Assembly (NCBI RefSeq): GCF_009914755.1
Contig: NC_060935.1
Strand: one strand, 5' to 3'
From: the human T2T-CHM13v2.0 reference genome, Homo sapiens
DNA length: 64,000 nt
Below are positions 28,911 through 41,404 of this stretch, in pieces. The number at the start of each line of letters is the position of its first letter. The stretch's first letter is position 1. The notes under the pieces are model-generated. The model saw only the letters and a program-made list of their open reading frames with translations, was not told where the DNA came from and did not search any database. The position numbers were made by a program, and so were the translations under genes.

Positions 28911-29089
28911 TGTTATGTGTTGAATGGTGTCTCCCACAAATAAATGTTGAAGTCTTAATCCCAAGTACCTCAGAATGTGACCAGTTGTATTTAGAAATAG
29001 GTTGTTATTAACTAAGTTAAGATGATGTCATACTAGAACAGGGTGGGCCCTTATATGAACATGGCTGGTGTCCTTCCCTATAAGAAGAA
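28911..29089 (+). mobile_element. MLT1B/C-like LTR, 5' half
   Basis: tgttatg.gttgaat..tgttgaagtcttaatccc.agtacctcagaatgtgac...ggtgtcctt..ataagaaga. Confidence 0.88.
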
Positions 29090-29421
29090 AAAGCACCTCT
29101 GGGCCTGGCATCAGGAGGGTCCTGAGGCTGTTGTCACCAAAGGGCATGTGCTGGGTTTCAGTTGGGTTGGGGACAAGGCTGCTTTTCTGAACAAATAAAG
29201 GAGCAGGATTTTTACAAATAGGGTCCAAGTGCTGTAGAGAATGGTGTGTGCAGGATGGTGGCTTCCCACAAGTCCATGTGGCCCCCATCTAGGTGCAGGG
29301 TGGGGGCCACGGGAGGAGGGAGAGCAGAACAAGACTGAGCCAGTGAGCAAAGGCCTGGAAGTAGAAAGTAAAGAGAGGAGGAAAGAGGGTGAAAAGAAAT
29401 GCAGTGTCCAGGGAGGAGCCC

Positions 29422-30493
29422 TATTGGGGAACCTGCCCCGATAGTCACGTAGCTTCTTTTCTATTTTCCTTAAGCATCGGTCAGCTTGAGAAATAAAGGG
29501 ACAGAGTATAAAAGAGAGAAATTTTAAAGCTGGGCGTCCGGGGGAGACATCACATGTCGGTAGGTTCCGTGATGCCCCACAAGCCACAAAACCAGCAAGT
29601 TTTTATTAGGGATTTTTAAAAGGGGAAGGAGTGTGCGAATAGGTATGGGTCACAGACATCAAGCACTTCACAAGGTAATAGAATATTACAAGGCAAGTGG
29701 AGGCAGGGCAAGATCACAGGACCACAGGACCAGGGCGAAATTAAAATTGCTAATGAAGTTTCGGGCACCATTGTCATTGATAACATCTTATCAGGAGACA
29801 GGGTTTTGAGATCAACCGGTCTGACCAAAATTTATTAGGTGGGAATTTCCTCTTCCTAATAAGCCTGGGAGCACTATGGGAGACTGGGGTCTATTTCACC
29901 CCTACAGTCTACAGACCAGAAAAGACGGCCACACCTAGGTGGGCCATTTATAGACCTATACCCCCAGGCGCATATTCTCTTTCCCAGGGATGTTCCTTGC
30001 TGAGATAAAGAATTCAGCGATATTTCTCCCATTTGCTTTTGAAAGAAGAGAAATATGGCTCTGTTCCACCCGGCTCACTGGCAGTCAGAGTTTAAGGTTA
30101 TCTCTCTTATTCCCTGAACAATTGCTGTTATCCTGTTCTTTTTTCAAGGTGCCCAGATTTCATATTGCTCAAACACACATGCTGTACAATTTGTGCAGTT
30201 AATGCAATTATTGCAGGGTCCTGAGGCGACATACATCCTCCTCAGCTGACAGGATTAAGAGATTAAAGTAAAGACAGGCATAGGAAATCATAAGACTATT
30301 GATTGGGGAAGTGATAAGTGTCCATGAAATCTTCACAATTTATGTTTAGAGATTGCAGTAAAGACAGGCATAAGAAATTATAAAAGTATTAATTTGGGGA
30401 ACTAATAAATGTCCATGAAATCTTCACAATCCACATTCTTCTGCCATGGCTTCAGCCGGTCCCTCCATTTGGGGTCCCTGTCTTCCCGCAACA
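29422..30493 (-). mobile_element. MER11 solo LTR (ERVK/HERVK11 group)
   Basis: Reverse complement begins tgttgcgggaagacagggaccccaaatggagggaccggctgaagccatggcagaag; 1072 bp; TSD gagccc/aagccc. Confidence 0.93.
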
Positions 30494-30924
30494 AAGCCCA
30501 AAGGCAGGCTGGAGGAAAAGATCAGAAATCACGGGGGAGGTGGAGTCAAGCTGAGAGGGAAGGTGGCTTGGGGGTGGGAGACAGAAAAGTGTAAGCCCAG
30601 GGAAGGGCAGGGGGGATGAGAGCAATAAGAACCATGAGGAAGCGTGGGGAGCAGACTAGAAAGCAAAGAAACCCACAGGAGAGAAAAGGGTTGAGGAAAT
30701 GGGAGGGAGGTGAGCCCGTGGCGCTTCCACCTTCAGCCACAGGTACACTGGTGACTGCTTCCATATAGAGGTCACATGTCACAAAGGGCACACTGAGACT
30801 GTGGTGACCCAGATGAAGGAAGTGGGGCTATCACAGACTCCGGAACTGTCCTGTAGATATGACCCGGGTGTGTATTATAATGTACACATGGATTGTGTAA
30901 CCTTTCTATGTAAGTAAAATGCAT

Positions 30925-31224
30925 ACAGACAGTCCTTGACTTATGATGCTTCAACTTAAGATTTCTCAACATTGAGGTGGGTCTTTTGGGAGGTAGCCCC
31001 ATTGTAGGTAGAGGAGCTCCTTCTAAATCATGATAGGGTTACAATTTCTACTGAAAACACATCACTCCAGCACTGTCATAACATGGTAAAAGCATAAATG
31101 GAACCATTGAAAGTCGGGAACCATCTGCTCTGTTAGCAGCGTTAGGTGCATTTTTGACATATGACATTTTTGACTGATGATGGATTTATTAGGACATAAG
31201 TCCATTGTAAGTTGAGGAGCATAT
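30925..31224. mobile_element. MER47/Tigger5-like TcMar DNA transposon relic
   Basis: gacttatgatg.ttcaactta...; terminus gatggatttattaggacataagtccattgtaagttgaggagcat. Confidence 0.7.
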
Positions 31225-31658
31225 ACATTAAGAATAAAACGGAGGAGTCACAGCCATTTCCCTCGCCAGGGTGAGAGTGCGAAGCCTAGTGATGGGTCCC
31301 CATGTGAGGCCCTTTGTTGTGCCATCAATGTGCCAAGAATGACCCACCTCTGGGCCTTGCGGGACATTCCCATGTCAGGACCACCTGCTGATCACAGCCT
31401 CCTCAGGCACCTAACCTGCATCAGGTCTGCGCTACCTGAGGGGAGAAATTGCCCCTATTTGTCCCACTGGCTTGCCATTTACCTAAAATGAACAACCACT
31501 GAAAGTGAGCATTGGGCCACTTAGGAAAATGAGGTTATAACCAGAGAGGCACAGACAGTGCTAACACAAAGTGGCTCCCAGAACAGGCCTTGGGAAGAGC
31601 TGGAAAGGCCATGGTCCTAGTTCTTGGAGTGACATTTGACTGTTGAAACTCTACTTCT

Positions 31659-32000
31659 TTTTGTTTGTTTTCAATTTTATTTTATTTCAGTAGTTTTGGG
31701 GGAACAGGTGGTTTTGGGTTACATGGATAAGTTCTTTGGTGGTGACTTCTGAGATTTTGATGCACCCATCACCAGAGCAGTGTACACTGTACCCACTGTG
31801 TAGTCAGTCTTTTATTCTTCACCCCTTTCCCTCCCTTCCCCTGAGTCCCCAAAGTCTATTATATCATTCTTACACCTTTGCATCCTCATAGCTTAACTCC
31901 CACTTATAAGTGAGAACATATGATATTTGGTTTCTGAACAATGGTCTCCAACTCCATCCAGGTTGCTGCAAATGCCAATATTTCATTCCTTATGATGGCT
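31659..32000 (-). mobile_element. L1PB-type 3' end
   Basis: ttttgggggaacaggtggtt..gttacatggataagttcttt..ctgagattttg; TSD aaactct(gt)acttct. Confidence 0.85.
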
Positions 32001-32145
32001 CCAAACTCTGTACTTCTGTTACCTGGATAAAAATGAAAAGTATATTGTAAACAAGGTCCACCCTATTCTAGTATGACCTCATCTTAACTTACCTAATTAC
32101 AATCTATTTTTGTACCTTTTGGGTTGAGGTAAAAAAAAAAAAAAA

Positions 32146-32438
32146 GAAGAAGAGAAAACACAGACACATAAGGGACAAACACCACATGAAGATGGAAGCA
32201 AAGACTGGAGTTAACACACCTGCAAGCCAAGGAACACCGAAGACTACCAGAAAACCACTGGAAGCTAGGAAGAGACAAGGAAGGATTTCTCCCCTACAGG
32301 TTTCAGAGGAAGAATGGCCCTGCTGATGCTTTGATTTTAGACTTCAGGCCACCAGAACTGGAGACAATAAATTTCTATTGTTTTCAGCCACCCAGCTTGT
32401 GGCACTTGGTGACAGCTGCCCTAGAAAACTAATATAGA
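32146..32438 (+). mobile_element. MLT1B/C-like LTR, 3' half (continuation of 28911-29089)
   Basis: ccacatgaagatggaagcaaagactggag..caagccaaggaacac..gaagctaggaagag..ctagaaaactaatata. Confidence 0.9.
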
Positions 32439-32599
32439 TAGTAGGAGAAGGGAATAAACATTGGGGAAGAAACAAGTCGCTATAAGTACTAATTTAAAGA
32501 TCAAACTAATAATGTACTCAAAAGTACATTATAATCATAGGCAAGTGTTTCAAAAGGACATGTACATGAGGAATTCAGACATTTCTCAGGAAGACTTTA

Positions 32600-32850
32600 A
32601 GCTGTAGTGTTAAACTCAGGCTCAGAGTCATACTGGCTTGGGTGATAATTCTAGATAGGTCATTTTTTTTTTTTTAGCAGCTATGTGGTCTTAAGGAAGT
32701 TCATTGACTTCTCTGCTCCTCAGTGTTCTCATTTGTGAAGCGGGGACAATGGTATTCCTCTGCTTAGAACTGTCAAGAAGATGATGTTAAATAACACATT
32801 TGACATTTGGCATAGGGCCTAGTACACAGCAAGCACTGGATAAATGCTGG
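32600..32850 (+). mobile_element. MIR
   Basis: ctatgtggtcttaaggaagt..cctcagtgttctcatttgtgaa core. Confidence 0.7.
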
Positions 32851-33024
32851 CCTTTCTTTCTATTGCTACTTTGAAATACAGTCACTGTGGACTCCAAAAA
32901 CCTGTGCTTACATCTCAGCTCTCCTCTTGGATACTTGCGTACTTCTAAGTCTAGTTTTCTCATCTTTAAATGGGATTGAGCTAAGGGGGTATTGGAAAGG
33001 TAAATCATCAAAACTATATGTGTA

Positions 33025-33321
33025 GGCTGGGTGCAGTGGCTCACACCTGTAATCCCAGCACTTTGGGAGGTCGAGGCGGGTGGATCACATGAGGCTAGGA
33101 ATTCGAGACCAGCCTGGCCAACATGATGAAACCCCATCTCTACTAAAAATACAAAAATTAGCCAGATACGGTGACATGTTCCTGTAGTCCCAGCTACTCA
33201 GGAGGCTGAGGCAGGATGATTGCTTGAGCCCGAGACGCAGAGGTTGCAATGAGCAGAGATTGCAGCACCACACTCCTGCCTGTACGACAGGACAAGACCC
33301 TGTCTCAAAAACAAAAAAAAA
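33025..33321 (+). mobile_element. AluS
   Basis: TSD aa[a/g]actatatgtgt. Confidence 0.94.
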
Positions 33322-33506
33322 GACTATATGTGTGTGTATAGATAGATATTATTTATATATCTCCTTTAGGCATACAGTAATAGTGTCCTTTGTAAATATG
33401 ACACATGTTGACAATGTTAGCTTATTATTTATTCTCCACTGGACTAAAGAGAACTAATTATATAGGCTGGTGAGAAGAAATATTTCCCTCTGAGATCCTG
33501 GAGGCC

Positions 33507-33645
33507 AGGACTTCTCAAACTTTCCTGGCTACACAATTCACCCAGGGAGATCATTGAAATGCACCATCTGATTCAACAGCTCTGGGGTGGAGCCTGACAT
33601 TTTACATTTCTAAGAAGTCCCAGATGATGTCCATGCTGTAGGCTC
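33507..33645. mobile_element. MER5A-like hAT relic
   Basis: cttctcaaactt...ctggggtggagcctga.att.acatttctaa..agtcccagatgatg. Confidence 0.65.
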
Positions 33646-34259
33646 AGAATTTACAGGGGCATGTAGCTGCCTCCGAAAACACCATGAGATTTACCAGGGA
33701 GATGGGGTTCACCTCTTAGCCAGTAGGGCTGTGCTCCCTCTGGGATTTAGCAAGATGATGTATCCTTGCTCTGGGAACAAAATCAGAGGCCTTTTATTGT
33801 AAGTATAAATTTTGTGTCTGAGCTGGCCGCCCCGGGGATAAACATCGTCAGAAGAGCTCTTGGGAAGTCCCTCTGGGGTGAGGTTGATGCCCTGTTTGTG
33901 CCCTGAGGGGTGCTTAATGCTTCCCAAAAGAGTTCCCTTGGTCTGAATTGCTTCAATCACTCCCAATGGCCTCGTCCCACAACACAGCCAATAGCAGGGC
34001 TGAAGAGTAAAAGCTTCATAAAGAAAAATGACGGAGGCTTATTGCCACCTACCGGATTAGGAAAGAAAAGGCTATAGTAAAAGATTTCATGGAGTCCAGC
34101 TCTATGAGAAGCACCAGAGATGGGGGGAGATCATAGAATTGCGCAGGACCCTGCAGGTCGTACATTCAACCTTATGGAGTTCAGCCCTGGAGCATAAACC
34201 ATCCAGGCCTGATGCCATTCCTTCCTTCAGTCGCTTTGCCACTTCCTGGGAGAAGAATA

Positions 34260-34490
34260 ACAGTTATAATTCATTGAGAGCTTCATGTGTGTATCTAGGG
34301 GCATTATTTGTATTGCCTCATTTAAACCTGGCAACCATTCTCAAATGAAAAACTATTATTATCACCCCTTTTTCAGAGGAAGAAACTGAGGCTTAGGAAT
34401 TAAAGGAATTTGTTTAAGCTCACCCAGGTAGTAGGAAGGAGCCTGAATGTAAACCTGGGTCTATTAATATTTGCCTCCAAAGCCTAAACC
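34260..34490 (-). mobile_element. MIR
   Basis: ttttcagaggaagaaactgaggcttag core. Confidence 0.7.
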
Positions 34491-34705
34491 ATAATCCTAA
34501 GGGGAGGCACAGACCCAATCAGCCCTCCGCCATCTGGTTGTGTGGGACTGGGTCAATCCCTCAAGTGGGGAGTGGAGCTCCCTCTTCTATTCCCTTGCAC
34601 GTTCCCTCATCATCCCTAAAACATAGCCTCAACCTGAGTTTTCAGAGCGACTCCAAAGTCTATGCTACTTCATGCTGACCAGCAAGTGAAGGAATTGTCA
34701 ATTCT

Positions 34706-35022
<317 letters not shown>

Positions 35023-35057
35023 ATTGTCACTTCCATCTCCGTCTTAAAATGTATATC

Positions 35058-35500
35058 GTACTGTCTGAGTTTTTTTGGGCTGCTGCCACAAATTACTGCA
35101 AACTGGGTAGCTTAAAACAACAGAGACTTTTCCCAGTTCTGCAGGCTGGAAGTCTGAAAGCAGGTCGGCAGGGCCAGGCTCTCTCTGCAGGCTCTAGGAA
35201 GGATCCTTCCTCGTCTTGTCCTAACTCCTGGTGTTTGCAGCCAGTTTTTGGCATTCCTTGGCTTATAGATACTTCCCTCCAATGTCTGCCACCATCTCCA
35301 CATGGACATCTTCCCCGTCTGTCTGGGTGTCTCTTCTCTTCTTATAAGGGTACCAGTCATGTTGGATTAAAGGCCCGCCCTACTCCAGTATAATCCCAAT
35401 TTAGCCGGTTACATCTGCAATAACTCTAGTTCCAAAAAAGTTCATATTCTGAGGTTCTAGGAAGGACATAAATTGGGAGAGGATATTATTCAACCCAGAA
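35058..35500 (-). mobile_element. MLT1B/C-like LTR
   Basis: gggctgctgccacaaattac..aaactgggtagcttaaaacaacaga...cttataagggtaccagtcat. Confidence 0.85.
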
Positions 35501-35514
35501 CATCCACCCCAAGG

Positions 35515-35960
35515 GTTTAAAGAGTAACCTCAAAAGTCCAACTGCCTAGGTTCAAATCTTGGCCACAGATCTAATTAGCTGTATTATTTTGGACAAGTTA
35601 CCTAACCTCGTTAAACCTCAGCTTCGCCACCCATGAAATGGGTATAATAATAATTATCTCCACCTTATAGGGTTATTATCAAGATTAGAAGAGTTGATAC
35701 CTATAAAGTAACTCCCAGAACCTGGCAGTAGGGTTCTTCTCCAGAGCCCAGTTGCCCAGGTTTCAAATCTTCGCTTTGCTTCTCACTGGCTGTGTAGTCT
35801 TGGGTAAGTTACTCAGCCCCTCCAGGTCACAGAGCACTCCTTTGTAAATTGAAGGATGTTGATGATGATGACAATGGCACCTACCCATGGAAAATGGGGT
35901 GGTTGTGAAAATTTAAAGAGTTAGAGCAGTGCTTGGTAATAATAAGCAATTGATAAATGT
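35515..35960 (+). mobile_element. Two tandem MIRs
   Basis: Repeated ggttcaaatctt...ttggacaagttac cores. Confidence 0.7.
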
Positions 35961-36013
35961 TGCCTAAATCAGCTACCTCAGAGCTCGGTAGAAGGGTTAA
36001 ATGATACAGTCCA

Positions 36014-36325
<312 letters not shown>

Positions 36326-37129
36326 TTAGACTCTGAGTCTCTGTATGTGCTTGATAAATGTTGATTATTATTATTATTAATTTACACTAGGCTCATAGGA
36401 AGGAGAGAAGAGAGTAAGAGAGAAAGGGAAATTGCTTGAGGCTAAGGCCAGAGAGACTCCACAGGCAGGAAAATGGAAAGAGCCAGTATTCTCAGTTCTC
36501 CAATTTTAACTTCAAAGTAGGAACTATAAAGGTAACTGAGTTTACACCAGGTGACCTAACTGAGCCTCCAGACTGTTAAATCCCAGAGCAATATCTCTAT
36601 TCCCTTCCCTCCCACACAAGCCCAAGATCCCTGCCATCTTCCTGCCTCCTGCTCTATCCCTTGGGTTCTCTCCCCGTCAGAGTTCACTGTGCAGTGATAC
36701 AGTCTCTCCAGCTCCTCCCCTTCTTCGGGACTTTGCCATCGAGCCCACAGTTCCCTTCTTGCTTTAAGGATTTGATTCCTAATCACTGCAGGAAAAATGA
36801 AATAACAACAAAATAGGGAGGTGGCAAATGTTCCTTAACTTAGTACTTTATACCCGGCATAGTCCGTGGTCTGTTTCAGATTCCCTCTCTTAGGTGATAC
36901 CTACACGTTTGATAGTTTCCTCCTCTCGTTCTTTCCTGAATACGGTACTCACTAAACCTCTGGCTATCTCAGACCCCAAGCCTTCCTACATGCAAATGCC
37001 TACTTTTGTAGTTTAGGAAGACTCATGTGGATAATTTGCATTCATTTATTTAAAACATATGTATCCAGCACTAACTAAGGGCAGATGCTGTGCCAGGCTC
37101 TGGGGATACGATAGTGAACACTGAGCTGT

Positions 37130-37350
37130 CTAGCATTTTGCTGTCCAATAAAGTAGCCACTAGCTACAAATTTAATTTTAAATTTAAAAGATTTAAAAAT
37201 TGAATAAAGGTTAAATTTAGTTCTTCAGTTTCACTAGCCACATTTCAGGTACTCAAATGCTACGTGTGACCTGACTACTATGTTGGACAATGCAGCTATA
37301 GAACATTTCCATAAATGCAGAAAGTCCTATGGGAGGGCACCAGTCTAGAG
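37130..37350. mobile_element. MER3/MER33-like hAT relic within an L2 fragment
   Basis: gctgtccaata..gtagccactagc...cactagccacatttca.gt.ctcaa...ttggacaatgcag.tatagaacatttccat. Confidence 0.75.
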
Positions 37351-38039
37351 AGGGAAAGAGATACTGAGCAGATACACAAATAAAGTAACTGCTTCTCTCA
37401 GCATCTCCAGAAAGGATGTCATCAATCTTAAAGGATCTCTGACCCACTTTGGAAAAGTCATGCCCAACGCCCCTCCTGGGCTGCCTCACACCATGGAACT
37501 AACTCAGAGAGGGAGGGTAAGGGGACCCGCATTTCTCAAATGCCCCTTCTCAACCTGGACTGTGGACCCACAGCAACACTGCAAGATTGAGGACTGTGAC
37601 TCTGTGTTTTTACAGCCAAGGGAGCAGAGCTGAAAGCAGTTACTTTGGAGAGAAGTTTAGCCAAAATTACACTGATCCAGTAAAGAATGGAGCTGAGATT
37701 CTAACCTGAATTTGACTCAAAGTCTGGGCTGACTCGCAGCAGGGTAAGCTTATGGAGAGCTCTCTTCCGTGAAGCAGAAGGTGCTCAAGGGGAGAATCTT
37801 AGGGTGGCTCCAGAATCAGCCTAGGGCCCCAATGAGTCTGAGTGGTCCAATAGTCTCGTTTTTTGTCACCTTCAGAAGGTAACTCAGAGAGAGACAGAAA
37901 CAGAATGTAGTTAAGTTTGAGATTCACAGCCTGGATCCCACTACTTATAGCTGTAAGGTGGCATCCGGCACAGAGCAAGCACTCATCGTCATCTGTTACA
38001 TAAGGACTGGAGAGACGATCGAATGTGGAGGTCAAAGCT

Positions 38040-38260
38040 CTAACGTCAGAGGACCAGGTTGAAACCAGGCTTGACTCAGAGACTATCAGCTTTGTTACCT
38101 CAGGCAAGTTACTTACCCTCATTTGTAAATTAAGGATAACTGCCTATTTTCAAGGGTTATGGTAAGGATTAGATGAGATAATTTATGTAAAGCGCTTAGC
38201 ATAGTAATTTACTAGGCGCATAGTAACTTCTTAATAACTATTAGCTATTAATACTGTTAT
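38040..38260 (+). mobile_element. MIR
   Basis: acctcaggcaagttactta...ggattagatgagataatttatgtaaagcgcttagca. Confidence 0.8.
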
Positions 38261-38330
38261 TACAGCGCAGAGGGAGGGAGCGAGGCAACCAAGCCCCCAC
38301 TGACAAACTGGAGTTTCAGGAATAGGCGGT

Positions 38331-38349
38331 GAGCGCCATCTAGTGGCCC
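38331..38349 (-). promoter_or_regulatory. CTCF binding motif
   Basis: Minus strand GGCCACTAGATGGCGCTC matches the CTCF core CCAC/GYAGRKGGCRS, in a small CpG-retaining unique patch. Confidence 0.8.
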
Positions 38350-39007
38350 CCACGCGCAGCAAATAGCACAGCCAAAGGAACCTGACTTAATTTTTTACTT
38401 AATCTTCCCAAGTAAGATTTTCTAGCCCCCAACTCAAAGTTGTGTCTAGTCTATAGAGGCTGATACAGGAGTAGAAGAGGCCGGGGGCGGTGCGGGGGAG
38501 TGGGGGAGGCTAAACTGAGAGGCAGATTTTGAAATCCTTCTCGGCCATCCCTAGTGAAATGCACAAAGCTGATACACTGCAGCTGTCAGGAAGTGTCCTG
38601 ATGCCCTCGTAGTGTTAGGGACAGTTAACAGAGTTCAGAGAAATTAAGCTGCATCTTAGCTGCCTTTTGTTTTCCCACCGTATCATGGTCTTTTTCATCT
38701 TTCCCAGGGCACAACTTTCTCAATCCTGCAAAGCAGCATGGTGCCTGGGAAACAGCATCACATAACAGACCTGAGTTCAAGCCCCAACTCGGCTCTCCGC
38801 CAGCTCTGATTTTCGGGTAAGTCATTTAACCTCCCTAAACCTCAAGTTCCTCATCTAGAACATGAGTCTGTACTGCCCAGTGGGAAGAGTACTACCTTTG
38901 ATGTCAGACAGAGCTGAGTTCGGATCCTGAGTGACAACTTGGCTTTTCTGAACTGCCAATTTCTCTTCTATCTGTTAGAATAATTAATTGGGAAGCAATG
39001 ACACTAA

Positions 39008-39230
<223 letters not shown>

Positions 39231-39248
39231 TAGCACTCTGAGTTTTTA

Positions 39249-39590
39249 TGTAAGCAAACCAAAGCCCAACTCAGCCTGAATGGGTCAGATCCTAGGAAAA
39301 CAAAACTTAAGCTTTACCAATCAGAAACTGACAAGTAACTCCTAACTAGGGGCTTTGCCAATCAGAAACCAACAACTGACCTCTAACTAGGGATCTTAAA
39401 ACTACTGTTCCCTTTCAATCCAATATTTTCTTTGCCTTGCTTCTGCATATGCAGAACAAAAGTTTTCCCCTTGGGTCCCTTCAGTGGAGTCCTGAGCCAC
39501 TTGCAGTTTGGTGCTGCCTAATTCACGAATCAATGTTTGTTTAAATAAAGCTGTTAAAATTTTAACGTGCCTAAGTTTATCTTTACCACA
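39249..39590 (+). mobile_element. ERV1 (MER4-group) solo LTR
   Basis: TG...CA ends, duplicated ccaatcagaaac, gctgcc.aattcacgaatc..tgtttg.ttaaataaa.ctgttaaaatttt. Confidence 0.6.
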
Positions 39591-39812
39591 TAAAAGGTAG
39601 CAAATAATTCCAACTTTGACAAGTTGTTAGGAAAATTATATGAACTAAGGGTTGAAACCATCTGACATACACAAGGCACTGAAAATATTATAGCTCTCTT
39701 CATTGGCTATTTCACAATTTTGTTGTGAAATGTGAGGTGTGAATGAAATGATGTGTGTGAAAGTTCTTACCACAATTCGTGGCACTTAGTAGAAGCTGTA
39801 TGTTGTTAATGC

Positions 39813-40192
39813 TGTGGGAGGTCACCCAGATCCCCCTAAAACCTTCAGCAGAGTGTTGTCAGCTAAGTCCCCCTCTGGGTATTGTTCCCAACTGAAGACA
39901 GTAGCCTTGTCCTTACCAGTTGTGGCCCACAACCAAAGACTCATCAGTTGGTGGGTTTAAAGGCCCAATTTGATTGCCTCATTTGGGTCAACTCCACAGG
40001 GTCTTTCCAGCCTCAGGGCTGCAAAGGGATGACTGAGGCCTTTGTTTCAACTAAATGACACCCAGCTTCTCCCTCTGCCCATTCCTGCTTCCTTTACCTC
40101 CCAACAGATGTTGGTCCAGAGAACACTCTCAAATCAACTTCCTTCATTCAGATCTTCTCAGGGTTTGCCTCTGAAGGAATTGCCCTGAAACA
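39813..40192 (+). mobile_element. LTR16-like ERVL LTR
   Basis: cttctccctctgccca.tcctgcttcct...gttggtcc.gagaacactc...ctcagggtttgc.tct. Confidence 0.65.
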
Positions 40193-40514
40193 GTTAAATG
40201 TTAGTTCTTCATTGCCCCCTCCTAAGTCCCTGCCTCTTTCTTCCCCCCTGTAAACCAAGGATATGGAACAATAATGCTTGTCTCCTGCCAGCTTCATTGA
40301 GCAAGAATAAAGACAACTGGGGGAATAGAATAATACCTAACACCTCAACTTCACTTTCCTCCTTCTTAAGTTGAGATTAATTACTACTGTGCTACTTATT
40401 CCCAACATTTTTCACACAAATCAATGAGTTATAGAGGTGAGAACACTTCAGGAAATGATTAAAATGATAAAATCTAAGGAATTGGGAAACTATTGAATTG
40501 ACTGACAGCGAGTT

Positions 40515-40770
40515 AATAATTGTAATAGCCACAATGTATTGAGTACTTAGTATGAGCCAGGCACGGTGATAAATCCATGAAAATTATATAATTCCATTGT
40601 CACAAAAATCCTAAAGATAAATACAATTACTATCACCACTTTATACATGAAAAACTTGGACTTAGAGTATTAAATTATTTGCCCAAGGTCATGTAGTCAT
40701 TAAATGGATGAGAGACAGGATTTTCTTCTAGGCAGCTGGACTCGGGAATCGGCACTCTTATCCACCAGAT
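40515..40770 (-). mobile_element. MIR
   Basis: tattgagtacttagtatgagccaggcac ... ttgcccaaggtca. Confidence 0.75.
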
Positions 40771-41404
40771 ATGTGGCCAGTTTGAAGTAACAAGAAGGTG
40801 GGACTCTATTTCCTTGGTGATTAACCCTTCATTATACAATAATTCTGATTTTTAAAGACTATTACTTAGAGTTCTAGGAATTCTAGTAGAAATTCCAGGA
40901 AATCTGAGACTTCTGGGCAACATGTGAATTGATAGGTCAGAAGCCATCATTTTACTGGGACAATTGAATTTTTCTAATGATATAACAAGATGATCAGGCT
41001 AAGAGACTTCCCTTCAACTGCCTCTTATGCAGTTTTAAGTCATCCTGTTCAGACTTCATGGAGCCGTAGGGTTCTGGGGCAGGAAAAAGTCCCCATCACT
41101 CATTTGGAACTTAATAACTGGCACCTTCTCCTCCTAGTGAAAGAAGCACTTAACCACTTCTTTTTGGTTCTCCTAGAATCTTTCAACAGGGAGGCTAAAA
41201 ACACAGACTGCTGACTTTCCAATTTTCCTGGGGCCAGGCCTAAGAAACGAGGGCGTTTCACACCAGGGAGTCATCATGGATGAAGTCGTAGCTGTGGAAT
41301 GTTCTGAGAAATGAGGATACCTTGAATAATTAGAAGAATATGGCAGGTTATTTCCATTATCTATTGCAGCAAAATAAACTTTCCCAAAACTTGGAGGCCT
41401 AAAG

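Noticed and set aside
39709-39731. 9-bp stem hairpin ATTTCACAA...TTGTGAAAT
   Set aside because: AT-rich and short; expected by chance in 64 kb; not a miRNA-like precursor.
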